Shown piece after piece: positions 51,898-64,000 of a DNA stretch of 64,000 bases (the stretch's first letter is position 1; each line of letters opens with the position of its first letter). Origin of the DNA: Okamejei kenojei (Eukaryota); the NCBI GenBank assembly GCA_035221665.1, contig CM069150.1:44330001-44394000 (forward strand), read 5' to 3'. A program made the position numbers and the translations under genes. Below the pieces are notes generated by a model. That model did not search any database, was not told where the DNA came from, and was given only the letters and a program-made list of their open reading frames with translations.

Positions 51898-53399
51898 TCT
51901 ATGATTCTATAACACCTCTAAAGTCTGTCGAAAGAATCGAGTAAGATAATCTGTGCAAATACATAAAAGACTTCTAGTGTAAATAAAGGTAGTTTAATCT
52001 AAATATTTAATCTAAAGAAACTTTGTTGTAAGTAAAGTATCTGGATTGTCGTGCCTTGAATTTATTTAAGCGTCTGGAAAAAAACCCCACAAAATAATTG
52101 TTCTAGTTATCCTAATTTTCTGCAGTTCAACCATCATCAGTCACCAGAAACTACTGATCAGTAACATCACACAGTGAATCCAGGCAAATTTTAATTAACC
52201 ATGATAATGAAAGCGGTGGAGCATAAAATGCTTCTGGCAAGTGTTTTTTTTCTTGCTAAACCTTAGAACTTTATCCTTCATGGAATAAGGTTCATGAAGG
52301 ATTGTGAGCCTGCTTTCAATGATTCACTGCTTAACCTTGCAAATGAAATGGTCAAAATCCTTTATGTGTAAGATAAATGATTCGAAGCATTGAAATTACA
52401 AATTCAGGTGACGCATATTAGTAAATTAAACCAAGGCAGGACTTGCATGGGAAATGGCCGTGTCTCTAGAGTGCCGTGGAGCAGAGAGAACCTGAGGGAC
52501 AAGGACACAGTTCCCCTGGAAGAAGCGACATGTAGACAGGATGGTGAAGACACAAAAGGACACCAAGTGCTGGAGTAACTCAGGCAGCAGAGGTCAGGCA
52601 GCCCCTGGAGAAAAATGGATAGGTGATGTCTCAGCTCGAGACCCTTCTTCACACTGGTTGTGGGGGAGGGAGAAGAAAGCTGGAAAAGAGGAGAGGCAGG
52701 ACAAAGTGTGGCAGGCAATAGATCGACATTGGTGAGTGGTCGGGGGGGGGGGGGGGGGGGTTAATAAGCAGATGGGTGGAACAAAGCCCAGTGAAAAGAA
52801 CAGAAGGTGTGAGACAGGTTTAACGATTTGTGGATTGTGAAACCAGATGGAGGAAAGTAGCCGGAGGGGGGTGGGGGTGGAGGGGTTGGGGTGGGGGTGT
52901 AGGGGAAAAATAGATGGGAGTCCAGATGGGACACAGGGGATGGAGGGGGAAGATGGAGGGTGGGGTTTGGGGTGGGGGGGTCAGTGAAAGTGATTGGCAT
53001 TCATGGTGAAGAGTCTGGAAAATGGGAGATGGAACGGGTAAACATGCTACAGCTGTACGTCATTGGTTTGACCATATTTGAAGTATGCGCAGTTCTGATC
53101 ACCCATTGTAGAAAGGAAGTAATTAAGGTGGAAAGTTACAAAAAAGATTTGCCAGGGTGTTATGGCTTGAGTTGTAAGGAAAGGCTGGATATGCTGGGAC
53201 TAGTTTCCCGGCAGCACTGGAGGCTGTGTGGTGACTTTATAGAGGTATATTAAATCATAACACACACAGATAGGTGAATGGTCAAAGTCTTTTTCCTCTG
53301 AGTAAAGAAGTCCAGAATTAGAGGGCAAAGTTTTAAAAGTGAGTGGGGCAATTTCTCCAAGCAGAGGCTGGCATGAATACCAGCTGCCAGCTGCATGTA

Positions 53400-55018
53400 C
53401 AGTGGCTTGCAAAAGTATTCATACCCCTCAACTTTTCTACATTTTGTCACGTTACAACCACAAACGTAAATGTATTTTATTGGGATTTTATGTGATAGAC
53501 CAACACAAAGTGGCGCATGATTGTGAAGTGGAAGGAAAATGACACATGGTTTTCAAATTTTTTTACAAATAAAAAACTGAAAAGTGTGGCGTGCAAAAGT
53601 ATTCAGCCCCCTTTACTCTGTTATCCCTAAATAAAATCCAATGCAACCAATTGCCTTCAGAAGTCACCTAATTAGTAAATAGAGTCCACTTGTGTGTAAT
53701 GTAATCTCAGTATAAATACAGCTGTTCTGTGAAGGCCTCAGAGGTTTGTAAGAGAACATTAGTGAACAAACAATGTTCCTTGGGCATCATGAAGCCCAAG
53801 GAACACACCAGACAGGTCAGGGATAAAGTTGTGGAGAGGTTTAAAGCAGGGTTAGGTTATAAAAAAATATCCCAAGATTTGAACATCTCATGGAGCACTG
53901 TTCAATTCATCATTCGAAAATGGAAAGAGTATGGCACAACTGCAAAACTACCAAGACATGGCCGTCCACCTAAACTGACAGGCCGGGCAAGGAGAGCATT
54001 GATCAGAGAAGCAGCCAAGAGGCCCATGGTAACTCTGGAGGAGCTGCAGAGATCCACAGCTCAGATGGGAGAATCTGTCCACAGGACAACTATTAGTCGT
54101 GCACTCCACAAATCGGGCCTTTATGGAAGAGTGGCAAGAAGAAAACCATTGTTGAAACAAAGCCATAAGAAGTCCCATTTGCAGTTTGCCACAAGCCATG
54201 TGGGGGACACAGCAAACATGTGGAGGACGGTGCTCTGGTCTGATGAGACCAAAATTGAAGTTTTTGGCCTAAATGCAAAACGCTATGTGTGGCGGAAAAC
54301 TAACACTGCACATCACCCTGAACACACCATCCCCACTGTGAAACATAGTGGTGGCAGCATCATGCTGTGGGGATGCTTTTCTTCAGCAGGGACAGGGAAG
54401 CTGGTCAGAGTTGATGGGAAGATGGATGGAGCCAAATACAGGGAAATCTTGGAAGAAAACCTGTTAAAAGACTTGAGACTGGGGCAGAGGTTCACCTTCC
54501 AGCAGGACAACGAACCTAAACATACAGCCAGAGCTACAATGGAATGGTTTAGATCAAAGCATATTCATGTGTTAGAATGGCCCAGTCAAAGTCCAGACCT
54601 AAATCCAATTGAGAATCTCTGGCAAGACTTGAAAATTGCTGTTCACAGACGCTCTCCATCCAATCTGACTGAGCTTGAGCTATTTTGCAAAGAAGAATGG
54701 GCAAAAATTTTCAGTCTCTAGATGTGCAAAGCTGGTAGAGACATACCCCAAAAGACTTGCAGCTGTAATTGCAGCGAAATATGGTTCTACAAAGTATTGA
54801 CTCAGGGGGGCTGAATACTTTTGCACGCCACACTTTTCAGTTTTTTATTTGTAATAAAATTTGAAAACCATGTATCATTTTCCTTCCACTTCACAATTAT
54901 GCACCACTTTGTGTTGGTCTATCACATAAAATCCCAATAAAATACATTTACGTTTGTGGTTGTAACGTGACAAAATGTGGAAAAGTTCAAGGGGTATGAA
55001 TACTTTTGCAAGCCACTG
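53400..55018 (+). mobile_element. Tc1/mariner IR/DR-type DNA transposon, full length (1619 bp)
   Basis: About 213-bp TIRs beginning CAGTGGCTTGCAAAAGTATTCA, with inner direct repeat TGCAAAAGTATTCA; TA on both sides (53398-53399, 55019-55020). Confidence 0.97.
53789..54800 (+). pseudogene. Tc1 DD34E transposase, 1-nt frameshift near the C-terminus
   Basis: MKPKEH start; GRPPK, WSDE, QQDN and SPDLNPIE motifs, 34 residues between D and E; extra T at about 54708-54711 shifts the natural C-terminus SVSRCAKLVETYPKRLAAVIAAKYGSTKY* out of frame. Confidence 0.93.
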
Positions 55019-55157
55019 TATACCAGCTCCACATATACAAGCTGCCAGAGGAAGCAGTACAAGTAGGTATAATAGCAATGTTTAAAAGAACACAGGTTTA
55101 AAGATTTGTGGATTGTGAAGCCAGATGGAGGAAAATAGCAAGTGGGGGGTGGAGGGG

Positions 55158-55450
55158 TCTCGGTGGCGCAGCGGTAGAGTTGCTGTCCTACAGCGAATGC
55201 AGCGTCGGAGATCTGGGTTCGATCCCGACTGCGGGTGCTGTCTGTACGGAGTTTGCACGTTCTCCCCATGTCCTGCGTGGGTTTTCTCTGAGATCTTCGC
55301 TTTCCTCCCACACTCCAAAGGCGTACAGGTTTGTGGGTGAATTGGCTCGTTAAATGTAAAAATTGTCCCCAGTGGGGGTAGGATAATGTTAATACGCGGG
55401 GATCGCTGGTCGGCGCGGACCTGGTGGGCCAAAGGGCCTGTTTCCGTGCC
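55158..55450 (+). mobile_element. tRNA-derived V-SINE with rearranged 3' end
   Basis: A/B boxes, V-domain; the tail is replaced by a 50-bp inverted repeat. Confidence 0.85.
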
Positions 55451-56379
55451 GCTTAATTTGGACCCTCTTCCACGACACCATTGCTATCCATGTACTTGTT
55501 TAAACTAAACAAGTACATGGATAGCAATGGTGTCGTGGAAGAGGGTCCAAATTAAGTCAAATGGGACTAACTCTGAAGCTATCCAGACATACATATTAAA
55601 ATATATAATTTCATTCAGTTTTCTAACGAATCTGCACACTTTGCAATGGATGCGATTAGAGCAGCACCTCTTTGTGTACCGTCCAATTCTACTTGCCATT
55701 CAATTTTAGCTATTTATCATGGTTCCCTAGTCTATGTGGGACAACATCTTGGCAAAACGTATTAAATATGTATAAAATCACGAGGGGAAATGATAGGACA
55801 ATCTTTTACGCAGGGCAGGGGAATCAAGAGCCAGAGGACATAGATTTAAGTTGAGAGGGGAGAGATTTAATAAGACCATTGGGATGGAGTGGTGGCCAAT
55901 TCCCTGGATGCTTTCAAGAGAGAGTTAGATAGAGCTCTTAATGATAGCGGAGTCAGGGGATGTGGTGAGAAGGCAGGAACAGGGTACTGATTGTGGATGA
56001 TCAGCCATGATCATATTGAATGGCGGTGCTGGCTTGAAGGGCCGAATGGCCTACTCCTGCACCTATTGTCTATTGTCTGTTGTCTATGAGGAGCAACTTT
56101 TTTACTCTGAGGCTGTCATGTAGGTATGTTTGCAAAGTAGTCATTGTTGGTATATGGGAAATATAAGAGATAATTTGTGCTCAGCAGTGTTCCACAATTT
56201 AAAAATAAATGGACAGGAAAAGGTGAGAGGGATGTTAACCAAACGCAGGCAGGTGGGACTCACGTAGACGAGGCATCTTAGTTGGCATGTGTAAGTTGGG
56301 CTGAAGGACCTGTTCCTGTGCTGTATGACTCCAGGACTCCAAGAGGGCATTCTATTGTATACGGCAAGCAAACCAAGGT

Positions 56380-56571
56380 GGAGACACAATGAACTGCAGA
56401 TGCTGGAATTTAGTGAAGAACACAAAGTGCTGGAGTAACTCAGTGGGTCAGGCAGCATCTTGAGAGACATGGAAAGGGGCCATTTCGATGACCCAAACCT
56501 AAGCATTGCCCACCCATCTTCTCCAGGGATACTGCCTGTCCTGCTGAGTTACTCCAGCACTTTGTGCTCTC
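56380..56571. mobile_element. Fold-back Penelope pLTR unit
   Basis: Inverted arms; 13-bp TSD agcaaaccaaggt (56367-56379, 56572-56584). Confidence 0.78.
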
Positions 56572-57515
56572 AGCAAACCAAGGTACTAATTTGGACACAC
56601 CATATTGTACTGTAGTAGGATTCTTTGCAGATCTTAAGTGATGGATAAGGATTTTGTTAAACAAAAAACTATATGATACCTAACATTGTGCAAGTGCATC
56701 AGTGTCAATCAGGTGTCTGTTTAATTATTTGTTTTAAAATCCTATAATGAAACTAATCATTCAGATGAAACAATGTAAAGTGTGTCATGTAGTTAATATC
56801 AAGATCAAACTCAATTCATAATAAGAGTTGATTTATTCAGCAGCAGTTAAATTACTAAGTCTTTGTTTTTACCTGAACAGTGCAAATGTTCTCCTTCTTG
56901 GAGCTGTTGAAATGACATTCATTACAAACACTGTCTGACTTGTGGCAGTCATATTACAAAGATTATATGTACTGTATTTCTTCCTGTGTCAATTAGACTG
57001 GAATGGCTCTATAATTCAGACAGGTATGAATGGAAGGTAAAACGACAAAGTGCTGGAGTAACTCAGCGGTTCAGACAGCATGGCCAAATGGCCTACTCCT
57101 GCACCTATTATCTGTTGTCTATCACAAGCGGACGTGAATAGGTGACGTTTCAGGTTGTCTTCTCCAGACGAAGAAAGGCACAAGGTGCTGGAGTAATAAC
57201 TCAGCCGGTCAGACAGCATCTCTGGAGCATACAAAATACACAAAACGCTGGTGTAACCATAGAAATGTACGCAAAAAATGCTGGAGGAACAATAAAAAAG
57301 AGAAAGTGCCAGAATCTGAAGAAGGGTTCTAATAGACAGTAGACAATAGGTGCAGGAGGAGGCCATTCGGCCCTTCAAGCCAGCACCGCCATTCAATGTG
57401 ATCCTGGCTGATCATCCCCAATCAGTACCCCTTTCCTGCCTTCTCCCCATATCCCCTGACTCCGCTATCTTCAAGAGCCCTATCTACCTCTCTCTTGAAA
57501 GCATCCAGAGAACCG

Positions 57516-58087
57516 GGGGGGGGGAGGGCGGAAATAGAAAGGAAGAGGCGGGGGACAGTGGGCTGTGGGAGAGCTGGTAAGGGGGAGGGGAAGGAGGGAG
57601 AAAGCAAGGACTACCTAAAATTGGAGAAGTCAATGTTCATACCGCTGGGGTGCTAACTACCCAAGCGAAATATGAGGTGCTGCTCCTCCAATTTGCGCTG
57701 GGCCTCATTCTGGCCATGGAGGAGGCCCAGGACAGAAACGTCAAATTGGGAATGGGAGGGGCAGTTGATGTGCTGAGCAACCGGGAAATCAGGTTGGTTA
57801 GTACGAACTGAGTGGAGGAGTTGGGCGAAGCGATCGCCAAGCCTGTGCTTGGTTTCACCGATGTAGAGAAGTTGACACCTGGAACAGCGGATGCAGTAAA
57901 TGAGGTTGGAGGAGGTGCAGGTGAACCTCTGCCTCACCTGGAAAGACTGCTTGGGTCCTTGGATGGAGTCGAGAGGGGGGGTAATGCGACAGGTGTAGCG
58001 TTTCCTGCGGTTGCAAGGGGAAGTACCAGGGGAGGGGGTGGTTTGGCTGGGAAGGGACGAATTGACCAGGGAGTTATGGAGGGAACC
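57516..58087 (-). mobile_element. Penelope GIY-YIG fragment
   Basis: ORF 57653..57937(-) CTSSNLIYCIRCSRCQLLYIGETKHRLGDRF. Confidence 0.88.
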
Positions 58088-58159
58088 TGAGACATTTGCA
58101 GCTAAACTCTTAGCCTAAGTCCCACTACATCCCACTCTGCCTCGTCCACTGTCAGAGAG

Positions 58160-58625
58160 AGAGGCCACATGCAAATCCGACGAAAAGCACCACATATTTC
58201 TCTTGGGCAGCTTACAACCCAGCCGTGTGAACGCTGATTTCTTTAATTTTAAGTAACTCCTGCATTCCTTCCCCTCCCCTCTCTTTCCCCCTCGTTTGCC
58301 CCAGCCGTCCTACCAGTTCCACTGTTCACATCCTTGTCTCCCTCTTGTTATCACACCTTCCCTAGCCAACAATGGACCATTGTGGGCTCCACCCTTCCTG
58401 AGGTCATCTGTTGCCGCCCCTGATTTGTTCTGGCCTTTTCTCCCCTCCAGTTTGTTCCCTCCCCCCTTCCCTGCCAGCCTCTTTCAGCCTGAAGAAGTTG
58501 TCCCGACCTGAAACGTCGCCTATTCCTTTTTACTCCAGAGATGCTGCCTGACCCGCCGAGTCGCTCCAGCATTTTGTGTCTATCTTCGGCATAAACCAGC
58601 GTCTGCCGTTCCTTCCCACACACGT
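58160..58625 (+). mobile_element. Degraded Penelope 3' end with pLTR
   Basis: caccacatatttctcttgggcagcttacaacccag followed by the pLTR tail gatgctgcctgacccg...gttccttcccacac. Confidence 0.7.
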
Positions 58626-61165
58626 TTTGAAGTAATGCCCGTGGGTCATTGTACACAATACATAACTGAAGGCCTCAGGGATTCATGTTAGACACATTAT
58701 TGTTCACCAGGTTTCTATTCAGCCAGGGTGGTGTGGATCTCTGTCGCTGTGAGACAATTAAACACTTGACTTTATACAATGAGCCAGTAGATACAGGTGC
58801 GCCATGAAAGAACAGAATTTCTTTCCCTTAGATAGACACAAAATGCTGGAGTAACTCAGCGGGACAGGCAGCATCTCTGGAGAGAAGGAATGGGTGACGT
58901 TTTGGGTCGAGACCCTTCTTCAGACTTTTCTTCCCCTTGCTTGGGTTATCCCTAATATCTGCCACAACTGAACTACCGGAGATATTATGCTTCTCACATT
59001 CACCAGTAATCCAGGTCATTCTTCAGTCTTCCATGAGAGCAGTGCAGTTTATTTCCAAATATCTCACTAGCATGTTGACTGGAGATTACTACAAGCAGGG
59101 CAATGCCACAATCCACATTGATACTTGGATTCTGACTTCACCAATCAATATATTTAATTTGTGAATCATCAGAAGCTATTATAAATAACGTGTTTTATCC
59201 AAACAATTTTAGATTCTGAACAAAGCCAGAATACCCCAGACTGTTTTATTTTATAATTAGACTGAAAATGTATAAAATCCTATTGCAATAAACTCTTGTC
59301 ACTCCCATGTTTAAATAAAACAGCAACAAATATTCTGTTGTTCATATTAAATTCTCCCATTTTTCTCAGAATTGGCCAGAACATTCATAGAATCGTACGG
59401 CATTAGTTTGGTTACTAATATTTTTATTCACAAGCTATTTCTTACAATCTTTCTTTTTCTCTTCATCTTCTCTTCAGTACTTTTTATGCTTTTAACTAAT
59501 TCCATTTATAAACAATTTACGGACTCTGCTTCAACTTATATTTCTGTGACTGAGAATTCTGCAATCCAAAATTCTCTTCATAAATATATTTTATTATCTC
59601 TCCATTGGCTCTTTATAGCCATGTTATATCTTCACCGTGTGTGTCAATGGAAACAACTGTTGTGTTCTTGCTAATCACTAAGACTTATAGTTCATAAGTT
59701 CTAAGAGCAGAATTAGGCCATTTGGCCCATCGAGTCTACTCCGCCATTCGATCATGGCTGGTCTATCTTTCCCTCTCAACCCCATTCTCCTGCCTTCTCC
59801 CCATAACCCCTGACACCCGCACTAATCAAGAATCTGTCAATCGCCAACTTAAAAATATCCGCTGACTTGGCCCCCACAGTTTGCTGTAGCAATGGATTCC
59901 ACAGATTCACCACCCTCCGACTAAATACATTCTATCTTCCATCATATCACCTCAAATATTGTTACAAATCTGTTATTTTTACTCTCAATTCATAATCACC
60001 ACCTCTTATTCAAGGTAATATTCCAAAATTAAAAAAAGGTTATGAGTTGTTGTTCAATCGACAGCATGGAAACCACCCCTTTGGCTGCCCATTGATCATC
60101 CGTTCACACTGGTTCAATGTTATCCCACCATGTTTCACATCCACTCCCCCCTACACACTAGGGGCAATTTAAAGAGGCCAATAAACCTAAAATCCCGCAC
60201 GTCTTTGGTCTGTTAGGATAGCGCGCAAAACAAAGCATTGCCCTGTACCTCGGTACACGTGATCATTATAAACCAAAGCCAGAGAGCACCCGGAGGAAAC
60301 CCATACAGTCACGGGAAAACGTGCAAACTCCACACAGATTGTTCCAGTGGCCAGGATCAAATCCGAGTCTCTGACGCTGGGAGGCAGCAGCTCTACCTGC
60401 TGCACCACTGTGCCGCCCCTTATCAGTTTGTTATCAGTTTCTGGAGCTTTTCTGTTCAGCAAGCCTCCGCAGTTCCTCTTCTTATCGAGTCCACACACAA
60501 GATGAGAAGTTGTTCAGCCAGTGCTGAACACGCGTCTCGGCATCTGCACGCAATGGTTTCGCTTCTTGTGCTTCCTGTGTGTGCTGGTGGAAAGATTGGT
60601 GGAAACAGGGCCGCAACGTGAACGCTCTTTCCTTCACCCCAGCTTCCACAGTTATTCCAAGTATCATCCCTTCAGATTTTTATGCTTGTTCTGGTGTTAG
60701 CTTTTCTACAGCTAACTATCAGAAAAATGATCAATAAGTGTATCATTACAGTCACTTCCGAGAAGCTGGCTCAAGATTAGCAGTAGCATGAGCGTTGGGT
60801 ATTATCTGTCTCAATACACAGATGGAGTCAGAGCAGTACAACATGGAAACAGGCCCTTCAGCCCATCGCCTTTACTCCAACCAAGATGGCCTACTGGGCT
60901 TGTCCCATTTGGCTGCATCTGGCCCCTCTAAACCCTTCCTATCCATATTTCTGCCCAAATATCTATTGAAACTCATAATTGTATCCACTTCTATAGCTGC
61001 CCCTGGCAGGTCATTCCAGATGCAGACAGGGTGAAAAGGTTGTCCCCCAATGTTCCACCGGACTCTCTCTTCGCAACTTAAGGCTAGGCCCCCTAATGGT
61101 TGAATCCTCTAGTCTGGGATAATGACTGTGAGCATAATTATACAGAGAAAGATGAAACCAAGATG

Positions 61166-61403
61166 TGAAGGAAGGAACTGCAGACGCTGGGTTACACCGA
61201 AGATAGACACAAAAAGCTGGATTAACTCAACGGGACAGGCAGCATCTCTGGAGAAAAGGAATAGGGAAGTTTCGGGTCGAGACCCTTCTTCAGACTGATG
61301 ACTGAAGTCTGAATAAGGCTCTCGGCCCGAAACGGAACCTATTCCCTTTTCTCCAGAGATGCTGTCTGACCCGCTGAGCTACTCCAGCTTTTCGTGTCTA
61401 TCT
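61166..61403. mobile_element. Fold-back Penelope pLTR unit
   Basis: Inverted arms; 17-bp TSD aagatgaaaccaa(g/t)atg (61149-61165, 61404-61420). Confidence 0.82.
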
Positions 61404-61744
61404 AAGATGAAACCAATATGCGTTTAATAAAATCTGAACCGTCGTAACCTTCATACCATATCCATAAAATCAAGAGGGAGTTGAAATTTGAGACATACTG
61501 TAAAAGCATCCAAGTTCAAACTCATTGCTTATTAGTCTGAATATGAAATCTAAAAAGACACACATGTAAAATTCTACACAAGTAAGGAGTAAAATGTAGA
61601 TAGTCTTTTGAGTTATTTATTGCAACATTTTTTTTCTTTAAAATGCTGCAATAAATAACTCAAAAGACTATCTACATTTTACAATCAGTATTGTGACTTA
61701 ATCGGAGACACAGGAACTGCAGATGCTGGTTTATTAAAGACTCC

Positions 61745-62295
61745 GATTCTATAAGATCGCCTCTCATCCTTCTAAATTCCAATGAATACAAGCCCAGCCT
61801 TTCCAATCTTTCCTCATATGACAGTCCCGCCATCCCGGAGATTAACCTTGTGAACCTGCACTGCACTGCCTCAATAGCAAGAATGTCCTTCCTCAAATTA
61901 GGAATACTCCAAATGTGGTCTCACCAGGGCCCTGTACAACTGCAGAACTGCAACACTCTTTACTCCTATACTCAACTCCTCTCGTTATGAAGGCCAACAT
62001 GCCATTAGCATTCTTCACTGCTTGCTGTACCTGCATGTTTACTTTCAGTGACTAGTGTACAAGGACCCCAGGTTCCTTTTTTCCCAATCTGACACCATTG
62101 AGATAACAATCTGTGTCTTTGTTCTTGCTGCCAAAGTGGATAACCTCATATCCTTCCATTCCCTTCCATTCCTTGTGGCTCTTACATAGAAACTGGAAAT
62201 AGGTACAGGAGTAGGCTATTCGGCCCTTCGAGCCAACACCGCCATTCAATATGATCATGGCTGATCATCCAAAATCAGTACCTCGTTCCTGCTTT
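61745..62295 (-). mobile_element. CR1 fragments
   Basis: [37 protein letters not shown]. Confidence 0.85.
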
Positions 62296-63565
62296 TTACT
62301 CTTCTAAAGTCTCTAATGCTACTTTCGTATTTGCCTCCACCACAACCTCTGGGAGCTTGTTCCAGACACTAACCAGCCTCTGTGGTTAAAACAATCTTGC
62401 TCCGCACATCTCCTTTAAACTTTGCCCCTCTCGCCTGAAACCTCTGCCCTCTAGCATTTGATTTTTCCATCTTGGGAAAAAGGCTCTGGCTGTCTATCCC
62501 ACCGATGCCTCTCAGAATTTTATATACATTATTCATTTATTTATCATTTGAATATCAAATGCAAACCCAGAATAACAATAAGATTCAATTAGTAACAATG
62601 AAACTAGGAAAATGTATTATGGCAGCTTCGATGCAAATTTGTAATTTATATTACAATTTTTATTTTTAGAACCCTTTTATTCAAAATGTTGCCATTGCAC
62701 CACAAGTGGAAAATAATCCTTTTCTCTGGAAAATAACCACAGTTTTCAAAGGCAAAATAAGCAGAGTGGTTTATTTTGCAGAAAGACAGTTCCTTTCCTT
62801 GTTAATTGCAATTGCTCATCGTGTAAAAATTTTATTTAGGAAGAATGTTGATCAGTTTTGACATTTCAGAAATCTTGTGCAGATTGCTATATTTATTTCC
62901 CACTATTATCCACTCTCCACCATTGCTTATTCTCGCACGGCAAGATTACAAGATTCTACTCATTTTTTTCCCTTTCCCTTTCTCTCCCTTTCCACACCAT
63001 CTCTCCTGCGCTGTCAGCGAGATTGTCAGCACTTCATTTCTCAACTCACTCCCTTCAAAAGAACTGATGATAAAGCTGTTTTTTTTTTTTGGTCTCCAGT
63101 CCTTGTACATGTCAAGCTTCATGATGATCTTTTCCACCATATCCTGCTTGGACCCTTCTACACTGATTCATTTTTTCCCCTGTCAAAGTTTGTATTTAGA
63201 TGCCAAGTTACTGCAGTCCTTCTGGACCTCTTGCTGTTTGCAATATAATGGACTTTCCTATTTTAGTGCAGAATGGCTATCTATTTATCTATCTATTTCC
63301 ATGTGGGTAACACTAATCCCTGGAGATTCATAGAGTTGTTTCAAGGTTTCAAGGTCAAGGTCATTTTTTTTGTCACATGTACCAATTAAGGTCCATCACC
63401 AGCTTTGACCTGCAGGTACAGCAAGCAGTGAAGAAAGCTAATGGCATGTTGCCTTCATAACGAGTGGAGTTGAGTATAGGAGTAAAGAGTGTTGCAGTTC
63501 TGCAGTTGTAGGGCCCTGGTGAGACCACATTTGGAGTATTCCTAATTTGAGAAGGACATTCCGTC

Positions 63566-63960
63566 GAAGGGATCTATCGTAGTCGCTGCCTCAAAAAGGC
63601 AGCCAAAACCATCAAGGACCCACACCATCCTGGCCACACACTCATCTTACCACTGCCATCAGGAAGAAGGTACAGGAGCCTGAAAACTGTAACGTCCAGG
63701 TTCAGGAACAGCTTCTTCCCCACAGCCATCAGGCTATTAAACACAACATATAAGCTGTGAGCTCTGAACTGCAAAAGACTATATTATTATTTGTTATTTG
63801 CACTGTATTTGTTATTTATTGAACTTTTTCTTTTTTTCCCGTTATATACAATGTTTACATATTCACATATTCTGTTGTGCTGCAGCAAGTAAGAATGTCA
63901 TTGTCCCCGTCCGGATCATGATCTTATGACAATAAAACACTTTTGATTCTTGACTTGTCT
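63566..63960 (+). mobile_element. Rex1/Babar-like LINE 3' end
   Basis: RCLKKAA...DPHHPGHTLI...LPSGRRYRSL; gacaataaaa...cttgacttg tail. Confidence 0.85.
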
Positions 63961-64000
63961 TGAGGTGCAGTGAAATTTGAGTTACCTTTGAGTGGAAACA

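Noticed and set aside
62845-63333. 162-aa hydrophobic ORF, or possible ancient L1 ORF1 remnant on the minus strand
   Set aside because: Low-complexity T-rich translation; similarity too weak to support by eye.
48000-64000. Search for the SAMD10 SAM-domain exons (LWSQQDVCKWLKKHC-like)
   Set aside because: Not found by eye or in the ORF track; presumably beyond the window, though a short exon could have been missed.

Overview
Eukaryotic, repeat-rich vertebrate DNA. The repeat set (HE1/V-SINE-type tRNA SINEs, CR1, Rex1/Babar, Penelope) points to a cartilaginous fish, probably a skate or ray (inference). Two spliced genes lie head-to-head. On the minus strand are PRPF6 exons 1-5 (13634 to the window start). 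On the plus strand are SAMD10 coding exons 1-2 (32742-32754 and 47802-47980); I found no later exons in the window. Most ORF-track entries are transposon debris or spurious. Mobile DNA includes a near-intact IR/DR Tc1 (53400-55018), a solo LTR with 4-bp TSD (20526-21162), a hAT MITE with 8-bp TSD, other MITEs, a Neptune-type Penelope and many LINE/SINE fragments. The best lead is a set of candidate ribozymes on small non-autonomous retroelements. (1) A 134-bp element at 9208-9341 whose first 54 nt fold into a complete minimal HDV/CPEB3-like ribozyme starting exactly at G1. (2) Two near-identical ~415-bp bipartite RTE-derived elements whose 5' ends have HDV-like topology. (3) Many fold-back Penelope pLTR units, flanked by target-site duplications, with a minimal hammerhead-like core on both strands. 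All folds were worked out by eye; catalytic activity is untested.
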